DNA from: Callorhinchus milii
Lineage: Eukaryota
NCBI RefSeq assembly: GCF_018977255.1
Contig: NW_024704742.1
Location: forward strand, 61,568,001-61,632,000
Reading direction: 5' to 3'
DNA length: 64,000 bases
Positions 24,744-37,570 of this stretch are shown here, in pieces (positions within the stretch are counted from its first letter, which is position 1; each line of letters starts with the position of its first letter). Both the position numbers and the translations under genes were made by a program. The notes under the pieces are model-generated. The model ran no database searches. It was given only the letters and a program-made list of their open reading frames with translations, and was not told the DNA's origin.

Positions 24744-26264
24744 GCACACATACACCTGCCTTTCACGGCAGAGCAGTTCTGTGCTTTACGCTATTCCTAG
24801 AGAATAACAGTGGACACTCCTTGGAAAGCACAGTGTCTGGAGTCAATGCAACACCAGACACTGATGCAAGGTGTCAGGGTTAATTTCATTCACACACATA
24901 GCTAGTAGCTAGTAGGCATCCTACAGCTTCTCAGTTAGTGCTGGATCAATCTACCGAGAATGCAAAAAGTATGTTCATTACAGAGGATCCAAGAAGCACA
25001 GAGCACACAGAGCACTTGCATGATTATTTTGTACTTATTAATAAATCATTGCAGCATAAATCATTTCATATCACCACAGACTGGGTCACACTGGGTGACT
25101 GGATCACATCTTTAAACCCAAATACCTTATGACCACCTGAAATTGTTACGAGCATTTAAGGGAAGCAGAATAACTCAACTAATACAAAGATTCCCATGAA
25201 TGATCTGACCCTGGAACAGCGAGCAGTTACTTCAAGCACAAAATATGAAGCAAGGTGAACTTCGGATAGGTAGTTGGGCCAATTTGGCGAGATTAGGATG
25301 ATACTTTTCAAATTAAACATTGGTGGATAATTTTTCCAAGGTCAAAAAAATTGTGGGTGTATGAGCATTTATTGGGATTTTCCCATTACCAACTGACACT
25401 GCCAATGTCTGCATTTTTTGACCAGTGGTAGAATAGATTTACCAACCTTAAGAAAATCATCCCTTTAGAATATATCCTGAACTTTTTGCAATAGTTTAGT
25501 TAATCTGCTCCAATATGTACTCTCCCATTAAATGTTCATGACACTTTTAGGTGATCATGAATTGTGGAGCGAAAAATGCGGTGAGTGAGGTGATAATTAT
25601 CCTAGGTGGCAATCATCACCAGTGATAATTATTACAAAGCTGAAAGTTGTCTTTAAATGTTGACAGGTTTATGAGTGGACACCCTCAACTGACTCCAGTG
25701 TCGTCATTCACCGTGAAGATCTCCACAACCTACTTTGTTTTTGCCACGTTCAATTAAGTCTGACACAAAGATGATAGCCTGTGAAGGACCCAAATGGATT
25801 TGGGCCAACAATTGTGCTGAAGCTTGAAAGTAGGATGGAAAAGGAATCACAACACATACTGTATTTTACACCTTAATGTTGAGAAACCTCAGTGCTGAGT
25901 GCCTCAGTGTTTTTCGGATGAGACGTTAAACAAATGTCCAGTCTGCCTGTTCAGGTGGACATTAAAAATCCCATGGCGCTGTTCGAAAAGAGAGGATCAT
26001 TTATTTCATGGCTGATTGTGGGAAATTGCTGTGTGCAATTGTGCTACCGCATTTGCCTACAAATACACAGTCACTATTTCACAGTAAATCATGTGAAGCA
26101 CTTTGAGACATCCTTTCGATGTGGTATGGTTTGATACCAAATGCAAAGATTATTATTACTAGTGCTGAAAATACATAGCTGATCCTATAAGACTTATTGG
26201 TATTATCAATGGGGAAAAAATCTATTCTATGCTGCAGCAAAGTATCAACCAATCTGATGAATGC

Positions 26265-27546
26265 AATTACCGCCCTATCTCCAACCTCACTTTCCTTTCC
26301 AAGCTCCTGGAATGAGTTGTTATTTTCCAGTTTCGCTCCTTCCTCTCCCGTCACTCCCTCTGTGAACCCCTCCAATTGGGTTTCTGTGCTGCCCACAGCA
26401 CAGAAATAGCCTTGGTCAAAGTGACAAATGATATCTGGTCCATCTGTGACCAGGGCTCCCTCTGTCTCCTTGTCCTCCTTGACCTCTCTGTTGCCTTTGA
26501 CACTTTATCCAACTCCACCGTCTCCCCTCTCAACTCAACCTTCATGGTTCTGTCCTTGACTGGTTCAGATCCTACCTTTTACACCATCTGTACTTTGTCT
26601 CCACAAACGGCTTCTCCTCCAGCCCTCACACTTTCTTGTGCAGTGTTCCTCAGGGCTCTGACCTTGGTTCCCTCCTCTTCAATATCTATATGCTCCCCGT
26701 TGACGGCATCATTCACAGACATGGGGACAACTTCCACCTGTATCCAGATGACACCTAATTTTACTTCTCTGTCTCCACCCTCGACTCCAAGACCACTGCT
26801 GTCCTAACAAATGTCTGTCGAGCATCAAGTCCTGGATGAGAGCTAACTTTCTACAGTTGAACGTCAACAAGACTGAGGCTCTCCTGATTGACTCTCATCA
26901 GGGCCTCCACAGCTCAGGCACTGACAGCATCACCATCCAGTAATACACACTCCACCTCACTGAACCAGTCAGGAACCTTGGCTACTTGTTTGATCCTTAA
27001 CTATCCTTTCTACCCCACATCCCTGCCATGACCCGCTCTGCCTTCCCCCACCTCCCCAACATCATCCGGCTCCACCACTGTCTCTCCCCTCAGGCCACCG
27101 AAACCCTCATCCATGCATGCATCACATCTAGGCTCAACTATGCCAACTTCCTGTTTGTCAGCCTCCCCAACTCTTCCATCACAAGCTGCAGATCATCCAG
27201 AACTCTGTAGCTCGTGATGCTCCCTCCGCTCAGCAGACTCCAGCCTGCTCCACGTCCCCCACCCAGCCAGCCCCTCCATTGCTGGTCAGGTCTTCAGTCT
27301 CTCTGCCCCCACCCTTTGGAACTCCATCCCACAGTCCCTCCATCTTGCTTCCTCCCTTGTCTGCTTCAAGGCATGTCTCAAGACCCTCCTCTTTGACCAC
27401 GCCTACGGCCATCCTCCTTTCTCTACCCTCCCTGCCCTCTACCCCCCAATCCCAACCCCCTGCTCGTGTCCAAATCTCTGACTGTCCAGCGCCTTGGGAC
27501 GTCCTCCCAATATGAAAGGTGCTATACAAATGTAATGTGTTGTTGT
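26265..27546 (+). mobile_element. Degenerate L2 LINE (RT to 3' end, internally deleted)
   Basis: GFCAAHSTEIALVKVTND, LLVLLDLSVAFDT, ETLIHACITSRLNY; L2 tail at 27490-27546. Confidence 0.88.
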
Positions 27547-28970
27547 ATATGCATGGCTGGTCAGGCAAAAGGCAAACGGAGTGAAGTTAGATATAGTTCA
27601 GAGAGGGTCTGTTCTGAATAGCAATCAATGCTTCTGTCGAGCACTTGGATATTCAGGCCATTTATGTTCACATTTAGAGTAACCCATGCTCCAGCTTAAG
27701 GCTGACTCAACACCTCATTGAAAGCACACAGGTTGTGTACAGATTCAAAGGTTTCACACTTTGATGGCATTCTTAGCTGATGTAGCTGAATATTGAAATG
27801 GCAAAAATCCCACATGAATAGTAATTGTATTTCCAATTGTACCTTCGGTGACAGTGCAGCTTTTGAACAACATGGTTTAAAAAAATTGTGTGTTTCAGTA
27901 TTAAAGAAGCTATATGTTAAGCATTTATTACATCTACCCAGAGGGTATATAAATATCATGAAGGGCTTTGTTATTTTGTGTTAAGCCACAGAGGAAGAAT
28001 CTAGCTACCGCCAGTGCTGCTGACACAAAAATCTAATAAGCGTTTACTGAGACAGTAATAATTCATGTTGTACTGTAGGTCTATTGTATTTGGTGCTCGT
28101 TTCCACTCTAGATCTTTTTGTTTACTGCATACTATTTTTATTTGTTTTCTAGATCCATAGTAATCTACCCAATGCTGAATTCTCTTAAACGTCAGTAAAT
28201 TTCACCGACAAAATATAGTCAATTCACTTTACGGTATATTCTGTGAAGTCCTTTGAGACATCTCGAAGACGTGATAAGGCATTATATCAAATGCAAGGAT
28301 TATTTTATTATTTAAATGTATTTCTATGTTTCATTCTCTTTTAAGTCAGTATTTGTACTGAGGTGGATCAGTCTCAGTAATTCACTGAGAATGGCAGCAG
28401 CTGCCAGAATGCTGTTCCAGGTTTTACTAAGCTGTTTCTGTCTCTCGGTCTACAACTGGCTGTCTGCATGACTGACCACTGTTGCTCAGTATCAACGATC
28501 CTTGTTAGACACTGAGTCAAAAAATATTCCTGTTCTGCTGCCAGTATGGCTTTTTGTTGGATTGCTGGTTTTATTACATCTTTGCCAATTAGAGTTCTCT
28601 CAAGCCCAAAGGCTTAACAGCATAAGTATTACACTTTAGGCGCATACAGATATTCACAACTTGTTGTTGCAGTAATGGTGGATGCATTTTCACCAAATCA
28701 TTCCAGCATTTGCAACAAGGATTTTTTTCCTGTTTGTTGATGGTGGCTAACTGGAAACTGTGCACTCTAGTTTCTCACGTAATCTGAGATTATGCTGCAT
28801 GAATATTGTCTGTGCTGGAATATTTCTTCCCTTCATGTCAAAGAAAAGATTTTAAAATAGGTCTGTTGTGTAAATGTGACTGGTCAGAGGACACATTACT
28901 TATAGCCAAAAAATTCTCTTCCTCAAACAAAATTCAGAACTGTAAGGAAAGGCTATAAAGGAATAATTGT

Positions 28971-28998
28971 TAATAATAATAATAATAATAATAATAAT
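28971..28998 (+). repeat. (AAT)n microsatellite (SINE tail remnant)
   Basis: taataataat run. Confidence 0.85.
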
Positions 28999-29044
28999 GA
29001 TAATCATGACAATAATAATCAATGCTTTGATACAGTGTATTTCA

Positions 29045-30281
29045 AGATGAAGTAATGGAGAGGCTGGATGAAGATAGTGCAGTTGATGTAGTTTATATGG
29101 ATTATCAAAAGGCGTTTGATAACGTGCCACATAAGAGACTTGTAAGCAAAATAGAAGCCCACGGTAATAAAGGGACAGTGGCAGCATGGATACAGAACTG
29201 GTTGGTAGATAGAAAGCAGAGAGTGGTGGTGAGCGGTTGTTTTTCTGACTGGAGGGAAGTGTGCAATGATGTCCCCCAGGGGTCAGTATTGGGACCACTG
29301 CTGTTTTTTGATCTATATAAACGATCTGGACTTGGGTATAGGGAGTACAATTTCCAAGTTTGCAGATGATACCAAGCTAGGAAAAGTAGTAAACAGTAAG
29401 GAGGATAGTAACAGACTGCAAGAGGACATAGACAGTTTGGTAAAATGGGCGGACACATGGCAGATGGAGTTTAATGTGGAGAAATGCAAAGTGATGCATT
29501 TTGGGAGGAAGAATGAGGAGAGGCAATATAAACTGATGGTACAATCTTAAAGGAGTGAAGCAACAGAGAGACCTGGGGGTTCATATAAGTAAATCTTTGA
29601 AGGTGGCAGGACAGGCAGACAAAGCTGTTAAAAAAGCATATGGGATACTAGTCTTTATAAATAGGGGCATAGAATACAAAAGTCAGGAAGTTATGATGAA
29701 CCTTTTAAAACATTGGTTAGCCCTCAGCCAGAGACTGTGTTCAGTTCTGGGCACCACACTTTAGGAAGGATGTCAAGGCATTGGAGAGGGTGCAAAGGAG
29801 ATTTTCCAGGATGGTACCAGGAATGAGGGACTTCAGTTATGAGAAGAGGTTAGAGAGGTTAGGATTATTCTCCTCAGAGCAGACAAGGTTAAGAGGAGAC
29901 TTATTAGAAGTTTTCAAAATTATGAGGGCATTTGATAGGGTGAAAAAGAAAAGCTATTTCCACTGGCGGGTGCGTCGGTAACCTGAGGGCCCTGATTTAA
30001 AATAGTTCTTAAAAGAAACAAGAGGGGAGGTGAGGAGAAATTTTTTCACACAGTGAGTTGTTTGGATCTCGAATGCATTGCCTGAAAGGGTGGTGGCAGC
30101 CGACTTGATAACAACTTTTAAGAGAGAAGTAGATATTTATTTGGGGAGGACAAGTTTGCAGGGCTATGTGGAGAGACCGGGGAATGGAATTGATTTGGAC
30201 AGCTCTTTTCAAAGAGCCGGCACAGACACGATGGGCCAAATGGCCTCCTTCTGTGCTGTGTAACTCTATGATTCTATGATT
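29045..30281 (+). mobile_element. 5'-truncated CR1 LINE (RT domain to 3' tail)
   Basis: [69 protein letters not shown]; frameshifted; CR1-type tail (ATTCTATG)n. Confidence 0.93.
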
Positions 30282-30284
30282 CAA

Positions 30285-30622
30285 TGATATAGAGCCTTAT
30301 CACATCGTTGAGACGGCTCAAAGCCGTTCACAGAATATACTGCATCTGACTGTATATTTGGTGGACAAAACATACACAACAGTATCCTACAAACAATTGT
30401 GAATTGCCTGACCTAATCATTACTATTATTTTTTTTAAGGGATTATTACACCCAGAAAGCAATCCACCAATTGACTAACGACTGGGTTCCTACTTACTGC
30501 TGGTTAAACAGAGGCGAGTGGAGTAATGAGACTTGCCAAAGGTTTGGCCCGACCTGGGAATCAAACCCAGGTCCTCTTGCTTGCGAGGCGAATGCTCTAA
30601 CAAATACGCTACAGGACTCCAC
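30285..30622 (-). mobile_element. SINE family B
   Basis: Head at the right (gctacaggactccac); core cctacttactgc...aaacagagg. Confidence 0.8.
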
Positions 30623-30934
30623 AATTAAAATAAAGGGACAATATGCTGCATGTTATGTGAACAAAACTTAACATGGAGCTATACCAGATGTTGCCAATTA
30701 AAGAGTTATTTCTCCCTCTTGGAATGCTACTCTTTTGGTTCAACAGTGCTACCGAAGAGCAAATGTGCAAATTTGCTCATTAAGTGTGACAATGGTCCTG
30801 ATTCATGTAACACTCAGTGCCTAGCAATCTTGTCAAAGAAGATAATGAAAGGATATTACAAATTCAGGTGTCAGACTTTTTTTTGTGTCTGACACATGTG
30901 GAAACCTATCACTATACTTAAGAGTCTCCAAGCC

Positions 30935-31165
30935 TGTGGAATCTGTTAGCTCAATGGTTAGAGCGCTCGCCTCGCAAGCGAGAAACCTGGGTTCCATTCC
31001 TGGCAGGGAGAAACGTTGGGCACGTTTCCTTACTCCACATGCCTCTTTTTACCTAGCAGTAAGTAGGAACCCGGTTGTTAGTTGACTGTTAGTCAGTTGT
31101 TAGGCAGATCGCTATTCTGGGGGTATTCCTTCAAAAAAGTAAAATAAGAAATAATAATAATTTGG
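30935..31165 (+). mobile_element. SINE family B (5' part)
   Basis: tagctcaatggttagagcgctcgcctcgcaagcgagaaacctgggttccattcc: A box, CGC anticodon arm, B box. Confidence 0.8.
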
Positions 31166-32103
31166 TCACTTCGGGCATTGAGTTATACCTATACCAACAT
31201 ATATTCAAAGGTATATAATAATAATAATCCTTGCATTTGATACAGTGTCTTATTGTATCATTGAGATGTCTGAAAGCACTTCACAGAATATACTATAAAG
31301 TGAATTGACTGCATATTTTGTGGGTGAAACGTGGCAAAATAAGACAATTAAGTATTAAGACATTAAAGTTCCATCTCAAGACATATCTCTGACCACGTTT
31401 TCAGTCATCTTTCAGCTCTTCACCCCCCTCGGCACCCATCCTCAGCTCAGGGACCCAGCCAAAGCTGGGAAGTACTTTGGGATGACATCCCGATGTGAAG
31501 GTGCTATGTAAATGGATGTCTGAATGTAAAAGGATCTGCTCTCACCTGGCAACAAGGCAGAAAACCATTAAACCCCCTTACAGTACATTGTGCATCAGCA
31601 AATATTGTACTGAACCATCATAGTTCTATATCATGAAGTTCTCATAGTGGGGTTCTGCTCTGCCTGATACGACAAACTATGTGGGTTGTGTAGCTGTGTA
31701 TCAGATTGGCTTCTGATTATTCAGAGACTTCCTGATGTATTTGTTGTATTTGTAGGGATAGAACAACAATATAATGACCAGGTTCCCTCAACTATATAAC
31801 AATGCTTCTGTAGATAGAAGTTAAATGTTCACCATTCTCTTTTTAACTTGATTGTTGGATAACATGTTGATCAGTAAGTATTTTGTAGCAGGATTCCTGA
31901 GTAAAGAATCCCAAAGGAATTGTTATGCACTCAGAACTTCTTCATCCCCTTCATTTTAGATTCAGAAAATTCTATTGATGTACCTTGGCTTTCTGATTCT
32001 AAAGTAAATTGGACTAAATCTGAAGCAATTCTGATCTCTAAACTCTGGTATCTCATATCAGTGTAGCCTCTCCCTTACTAATGGAAAAACTGTGGAATAC
32101 CTA

Positions 32104-32420
32104 TAATAATAATAATAATCCTTGCATTTGATATAGCGCTTTTCACGTCGGGAGGACGTCCCAAAGCGCTTCACAGAACACACTGTAAAGTGAATTGACT
32201 GTATATTTGTGGGCGAACGCAGCAACCAATTGCGCACAGCAATGTCCCACAAACAGTCGTAGATTGAAAATGACCAATTTATTATTGTTTTTGGTTTTTG
32301 GAGGGATTATTATTAGGCGTGTGGAGTAAGGAAACTTGCCCAAGGTTTCGCCCTGCCTGGAATTGAACTCAGGTCTCTCGCTTGCAAAGCGAGTGCTCTA
32401 ACCACTGAGCTACAGGACTC
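32104..32420 (-). mobile_element. SINE family B with well-preserved tRNA-Ala(TGC)-like head, core deleted
   Basis: Minus strand GAGTCCTGTAGCTCAGTGGTTAGAGCACTCGCTTTGCAAGCGAGAGACCTGAGTTCAATTCCAGGCAGGGCG; intact tail ending in (ATT)n. Confidence 0.85.
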
Positions 32421-32834
32421 ATTTAATACCTAGGTATTAAATGAGAAAACAAATGCCTTTGAACTTCACTCCTACATTCAAATAACATTTTTAAACATAT
32501 ACATTGAGAGGGGAATATGATGTCCTGGCATCCTCAAAGGGAATTATTAAATTGTTTACAATGAATAAACAACTTACGTTATATATACTTTGCTTTAACC
32601 CTCTCTAAGAGTTTCAATATATAAGAAAGTAAAAGAAGGGATTTTCTGTTGTTCTTTAAATTTATTGACCAGCGGATAATAAGGCACCATCACTAACTAG
32701 ATGTGTTAAATTTGGTAAATAAATCCCTCAATGAAAAAAGGCATACGATTTGGTCCATTGCTCACTGTGCTTTGCTGTGTCTGACTCAACATAAAATAAG
32801 ACAAAGATAAACAGATATGGATTTAATTGTTTTG

Positions 32835-33215
32835 CAGCTTGATTCAGTTAGTAGCATTCTTGTTTCTGAGTCAGAAACTTGTGGATGTAAGCCCCACTTG
32901 AGACTTTCAGCTCAGAGACAGCATTGCCAGAGGTGACTTCCTTTGGGTGAAATGTTATACCAGGATCCTCCCAAGTGCCGGTTCAGGTGGACATTGAAGA
33001 TCCCGTATTCGAAAAGAGAAGGGTGTTTCTTTGGGTGTTCCAGCCAGCAATCCCCAGATAAAAATGGTCATTCACTTCATGGCTGTTTGTAGGACATTAC
33101 TATGTGCAAAGTGATTACTGTGTTTCCCTACAAGTACATGTTGACTGCACTTGACAGTAAATCCTGTGAAGTGCCTCCTTGAATGAAAAACGCTATATGA
33201 AATGCCAGTATTGTT
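32835..33215 (+). mobile_element. SINE family A (Deu-like)
   Basis: tctgagtcagaa; ttcaggtggacattgaagatccc; L2-type tail. Confidence 0.7.
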
Positions 33216-35614
33216 ATGCCAGGATTCCACTGGGAGGAATAGTCAAATAACTGAAGACAAAAAGGGAGAGGAAAAACACAGAGGAAATAATAAGAACTGC
33301 ATGTTTAACCGAAATGTTATAATCTAATAATTAGAAATGTTTCAAGATTTATTCAATACGGATATCAATTCTTGGCTGTTATGTGTGCAGTCAATCTTGG
33401 AGCAAAATCATATTGGTTGATTGTTGCTATCTGATTCAGAATTCATTTTAATAATCCTGTAGATGTTGATTATGTTACTAGTGCAGCCATGCAAATGTAA
33501 CCGATTGCTAGATGAATGTTCACTTTGAGGCTGACTGGACATTTTCAGTCCATTCCACACCTGTTGCCTTCTGCAGTGCACATCTTAAAATAGTGTGAAT
33601 CAAATGCAAAAACAAAGAAACAGGAATCATAGTACTATGAATCATTTTTTGACAGCTGCAACAGTTAATGGCTTTTGACTAGAAGGCAAACAAAGGAAGG
33701 AGTATCTGTTATCAACACTTCCATTGATTCTTTTCAAGATCCATTGATTTTTTTAAGATATCTTGGGTAATGGAACACTTAACAATAATCCTTAATAATC
33801 CTTACATTTGAATATTGCACTTTCAGATCTTTAACTTTTACAAGTTACTGTGTCTGAAACGTACTTGTACTTTGGACCCATTGGTCCAGATGTTTTGAAA
33901 ATACAGAAGTTGGATACACCTAAAACTATGTAAAATAACATTTCCCAGTCAACATATTATATTAAGTATTGTACTAAATGCCATCATGCAAACAAAATAT
34001 AATGATTCTCAGTTGTCCTCCTATAGGTCATACTTATTATAAAAATTTGTATCATTCTGATCTACTGTCAACTAGCATCATGACTTTAATCATCACGTAA
34101 TATTGAGAATAATCATGCATTTGGTGCAGTGCAACTTAGTGCCTTAGTAGACAAAACATCCCATTGTAAAGTGTAGTGTATTTGTAGGCGAATGCGGCAG
34201 CCAATTTCCGTACAGCAATGCCCCACGAAGACCCATGAAGTAAATGATTAATTTTAACTGAGGGATTGTTGGCCAAGATACTGTGAGAATGACTTGCAGA
34301 TTGCCAACTTCCAATTTCTGATTAGCACTCAAGGCACTTGTGACGTGGGCAATGATGTTGTAGTTGATGATTGCTCTAAAGCTGAATTTTCTCACGGGAG
34401 TGAGAGACTATCAATCTGAAAAGTTAATTTACTCTGATATTTGATTTTTTTAAAAAATAACCAGCTAATTATATATTTCTAATTATGGGAAGTGTAACTG
34501 TAAAAAGGAAGGAGTTTTCAAAGGAAAGGTTTTCAAAACAAATTTGTGGTCTAACAATTGAAGTAGAACCATAAAACCATAGAAATGTATAGCTCAGAAG
34601 AAGGCCATTTGGCCCATTGTGACTGTGCTCGCTCTTTGAAAGAGCAATCCATCAATTCCCATTTATCTGCATTTCTTCCATACCCCTGAAAATCCGGGGC
34701 CTATTGCTGTGCACAAATTGGCTGCTGCATTTACCTACAAGTATACAGTCACTACACTTCACAATAAAATCTTGTGAAGTGCTTTGAGAGTTCTTGATAA
34801 CATGGTAAGACATAATATCAAATATTATTATCATCAGAAGTTGGTCACTTGTAAAGCATACTCTGACCTTGTTCTTTAGCATTTCCAGTATTATGTATTT
34901 CATTTCAGATTTCTAGCATTCATGATTTTTATTTTTATTTCCTTTTCCTGTTTCCTGTCCCAAGGCACGAAAGAAGTGCTACATGTGTAGATTATGGGAT
35001 CAGCATTCAGGTCTTGGATAGCTATGGTATTTCTAAAGAGTTCAAGAGTTGTTGAGGGCAGGGGAAGTGTTTGTTAGGAAAACTGGAAATGATGCAAACA
35101 GTTCAATAAATTAAATGCCTGATTTCTTTAATGGTATAAACTTATAATGTTGCATGTCTCTTGACCCTTCCACTCCACAGCTGTGCTTTCAGCCACTTTG
35201 CCCCAACCCTCTGGAACTCCCTGCCTCAATCCCTCCACATTGCCACCTCTTCAAGTCAAACCTAAAAACTTTCCACTTTGGGCCTAGACTGTGTCTAAGA
35301 TCACTTCCCCTTTCAATTCAACTCAATGTCAAACTAAAACAATATTATGCATCCTGAGACACTAACCTGTGTAAAGGGCACAATATAAATGCAGATTGTT
35401 GAATTAAACAGGTTGTTGTTGTAATTTAATTTGAGACGTTTTGACGTGATAAACAATGACAACAACTTGCATTTATATAGTGCCCAAGGTGACATCTCAG
35501 AGCACTTAGTATAGTGTTATATCCAATGTAAGGATATAAAGATTATTTTTAACATTATTATATCATCACCATTATATCTCTGAGTTACGTTTAACATAAC
35601 TCAGAGATAGAATG

Positions 35615-35800
35615 ATAGCTTAGAGGTTAGAGCACTCACCTAGATAGCGAGAGGACATGGGTTTGATTCCCGGGACAGGGTGAAACGTTGGGCAAGTTTC
35701 CTTACTCCACATGACTCTGTTTAACTCGGAGTAAGTAGGAACCTGGTTGTTAGTTGATTGGCGAATCGTTTTTCCAGGGATAATAATTTCTTCAAAAATA
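35615..35800 (+). mobile_element. SINE family B (5' part)
   Basis: ggttagagcactc...gggtttgattcccggg...gggcaagtttccttactccac. Confidence 0.78.
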
Positions 35801-36369
35801 ATAATAAAGGATTATTATAAACCATTGCAATCAGCTATTCCCTCTTGTGCACACATATTAAATCACTATTCCCTGCACGTATCTTCCTTTCCATTTTTTC
35901 CCCATCTCACTCTGTCGCAAGGTAGTGGTTCAAAGAGCTGGAAGGCCTCATTCTATCCTGTTTGATTCTATGATTCTTTGAAGAAAACATTTTAAAAAAT
36001 CAAATGGTAGAATAAGATCAAATTATTTCATCAGTGATGAATGGTGTCAGGAATTAACTTACGGAATTAAACTTGTACACAAACCAGTGAAAATATTTTT
36101 ATTAAAGTTTAGAGTTATGTTAGATATTTATCACAACAAAAGCTCAGATAATAGTTCTCAGTGATGACATCTATTAAGCTGGCTCCATGCAGATGGCTGC
36201 TGATTAATAGGGTATTGAATAATCTGCTTAAACAACACCACTTCAGGCAGCAACTTTCAAATTCTCACTACATTCGGTGCAAAGAAGATTCTTGTAAATT
36301 CTCTTTCAGATCACCTAGTCACTATACTTATAGTCGAGCCTGGTTGTGGACTCACCAACAAGTGGGAAC

Positions 36370-36762
36370 AATAATAATAATTGTTGTATTTGATATAGCG
36401 TCTTATCACCTCTTCAAGAGATGTCAAAGCAATTCACAGAAAATACTGTAAAGTGAATTGACTGCATATCTTGTGGACGAAACGTGGCAGCCAATTTCAC
36501 ACATCAGAATCCCACAAACAGTCGTGGATTGAGTGACCAAATTATTATTATTTCTTATTTTACTTTTTGGAAGGGATTATTACCCCTGGAAAAGCGATCC
36601 ACCAAACAACTAACAACTAGGTTCCTACTTACTGTTAGGTAAATAAACAGATGTGTGTGGAGTAAGGAAACAAGCCCAATATTTCGCCCTGCCCAGGAAT
36701 CAAATCCAGGTCCTCTTGCTTGTGGGGTGAGTGTTCTAATCACTAGGCTACAGGACTCCACA
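36370..36762 (-). mobile_element. SINE family B, full length
   Basis: Head, core and tail all present in reverse orientation. Confidence 0.82.
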
Positions 36763-37570
36763 AACAACTATTTATACAAAGCTAGAATTTTGAAGCTTCG
36801 CAGATGGGTGGCATGATTAGCAAGGGAGGCTGTCACAACAAAAGGGCAGATGGAATAAGCAATCTGGGCAGAAAATAGTGATCATTAGGCAAAAAAATAG
36901 TAATTAACAACTGCCTGATCACATAGATGGAGAAATATTTAGGCACACAGATCTTTATGAAGTCACTGGTATCCAGCAGTGGGGCCACTTAGTACTTTGG
37001 ATTTTACAAGCCTTATGGCTTAGAAAATAAATATTCTGCAAAGTCTCAGCAATATATGCTCAGGAAAACAGTGTTAGTTTTACAGAGATCCTTGCAAATT
37101 TCATGGCAAAATACATGATTTTAAAGACGAAACTGCTGTGGAACTGACCATAAGATCTGAATAAAGATCAGCATCTTGTAGAAGGTTAAAAAAAAAATTA
37201 AAAACGCCAAAATGTATCACAGCGAGAGATCGTCTAAAAAAATTTATATTAGATAATCATAAAGATTTTATTGTCCCTAATCAGGGACAGTCATAAAGGA
37301 GGAACAAATGTGAAACAGTCGGGTAGAAGTAATCAGTGACTGTTTGTCAAAACAGCTTGTGGATCAGAATACAAGAGGAATTGTTCTATTAGGTTGTGTT
37401 CCATTAGCACAGATGGAAACAGAAAAGGTTATTAGGACATCAGCTGAACCAAAATTGAGCTTGGCCGTTATTTCATCTCCTCTCCATGGATGAATAGCTT
37501 GTTGACTATCATTGTTTGGGCTCACACATGAAGAATGGTCGCTTGGGCAATGCACTGAAAAGGTCTCATT

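Noticed and set aside
32345..32420. Bona fide tRNA-Ala gene
   Set aside because: It is continuous with a SINE body and tail, has imperfect acceptor and T stems, and has many diverged paralogs in the window.
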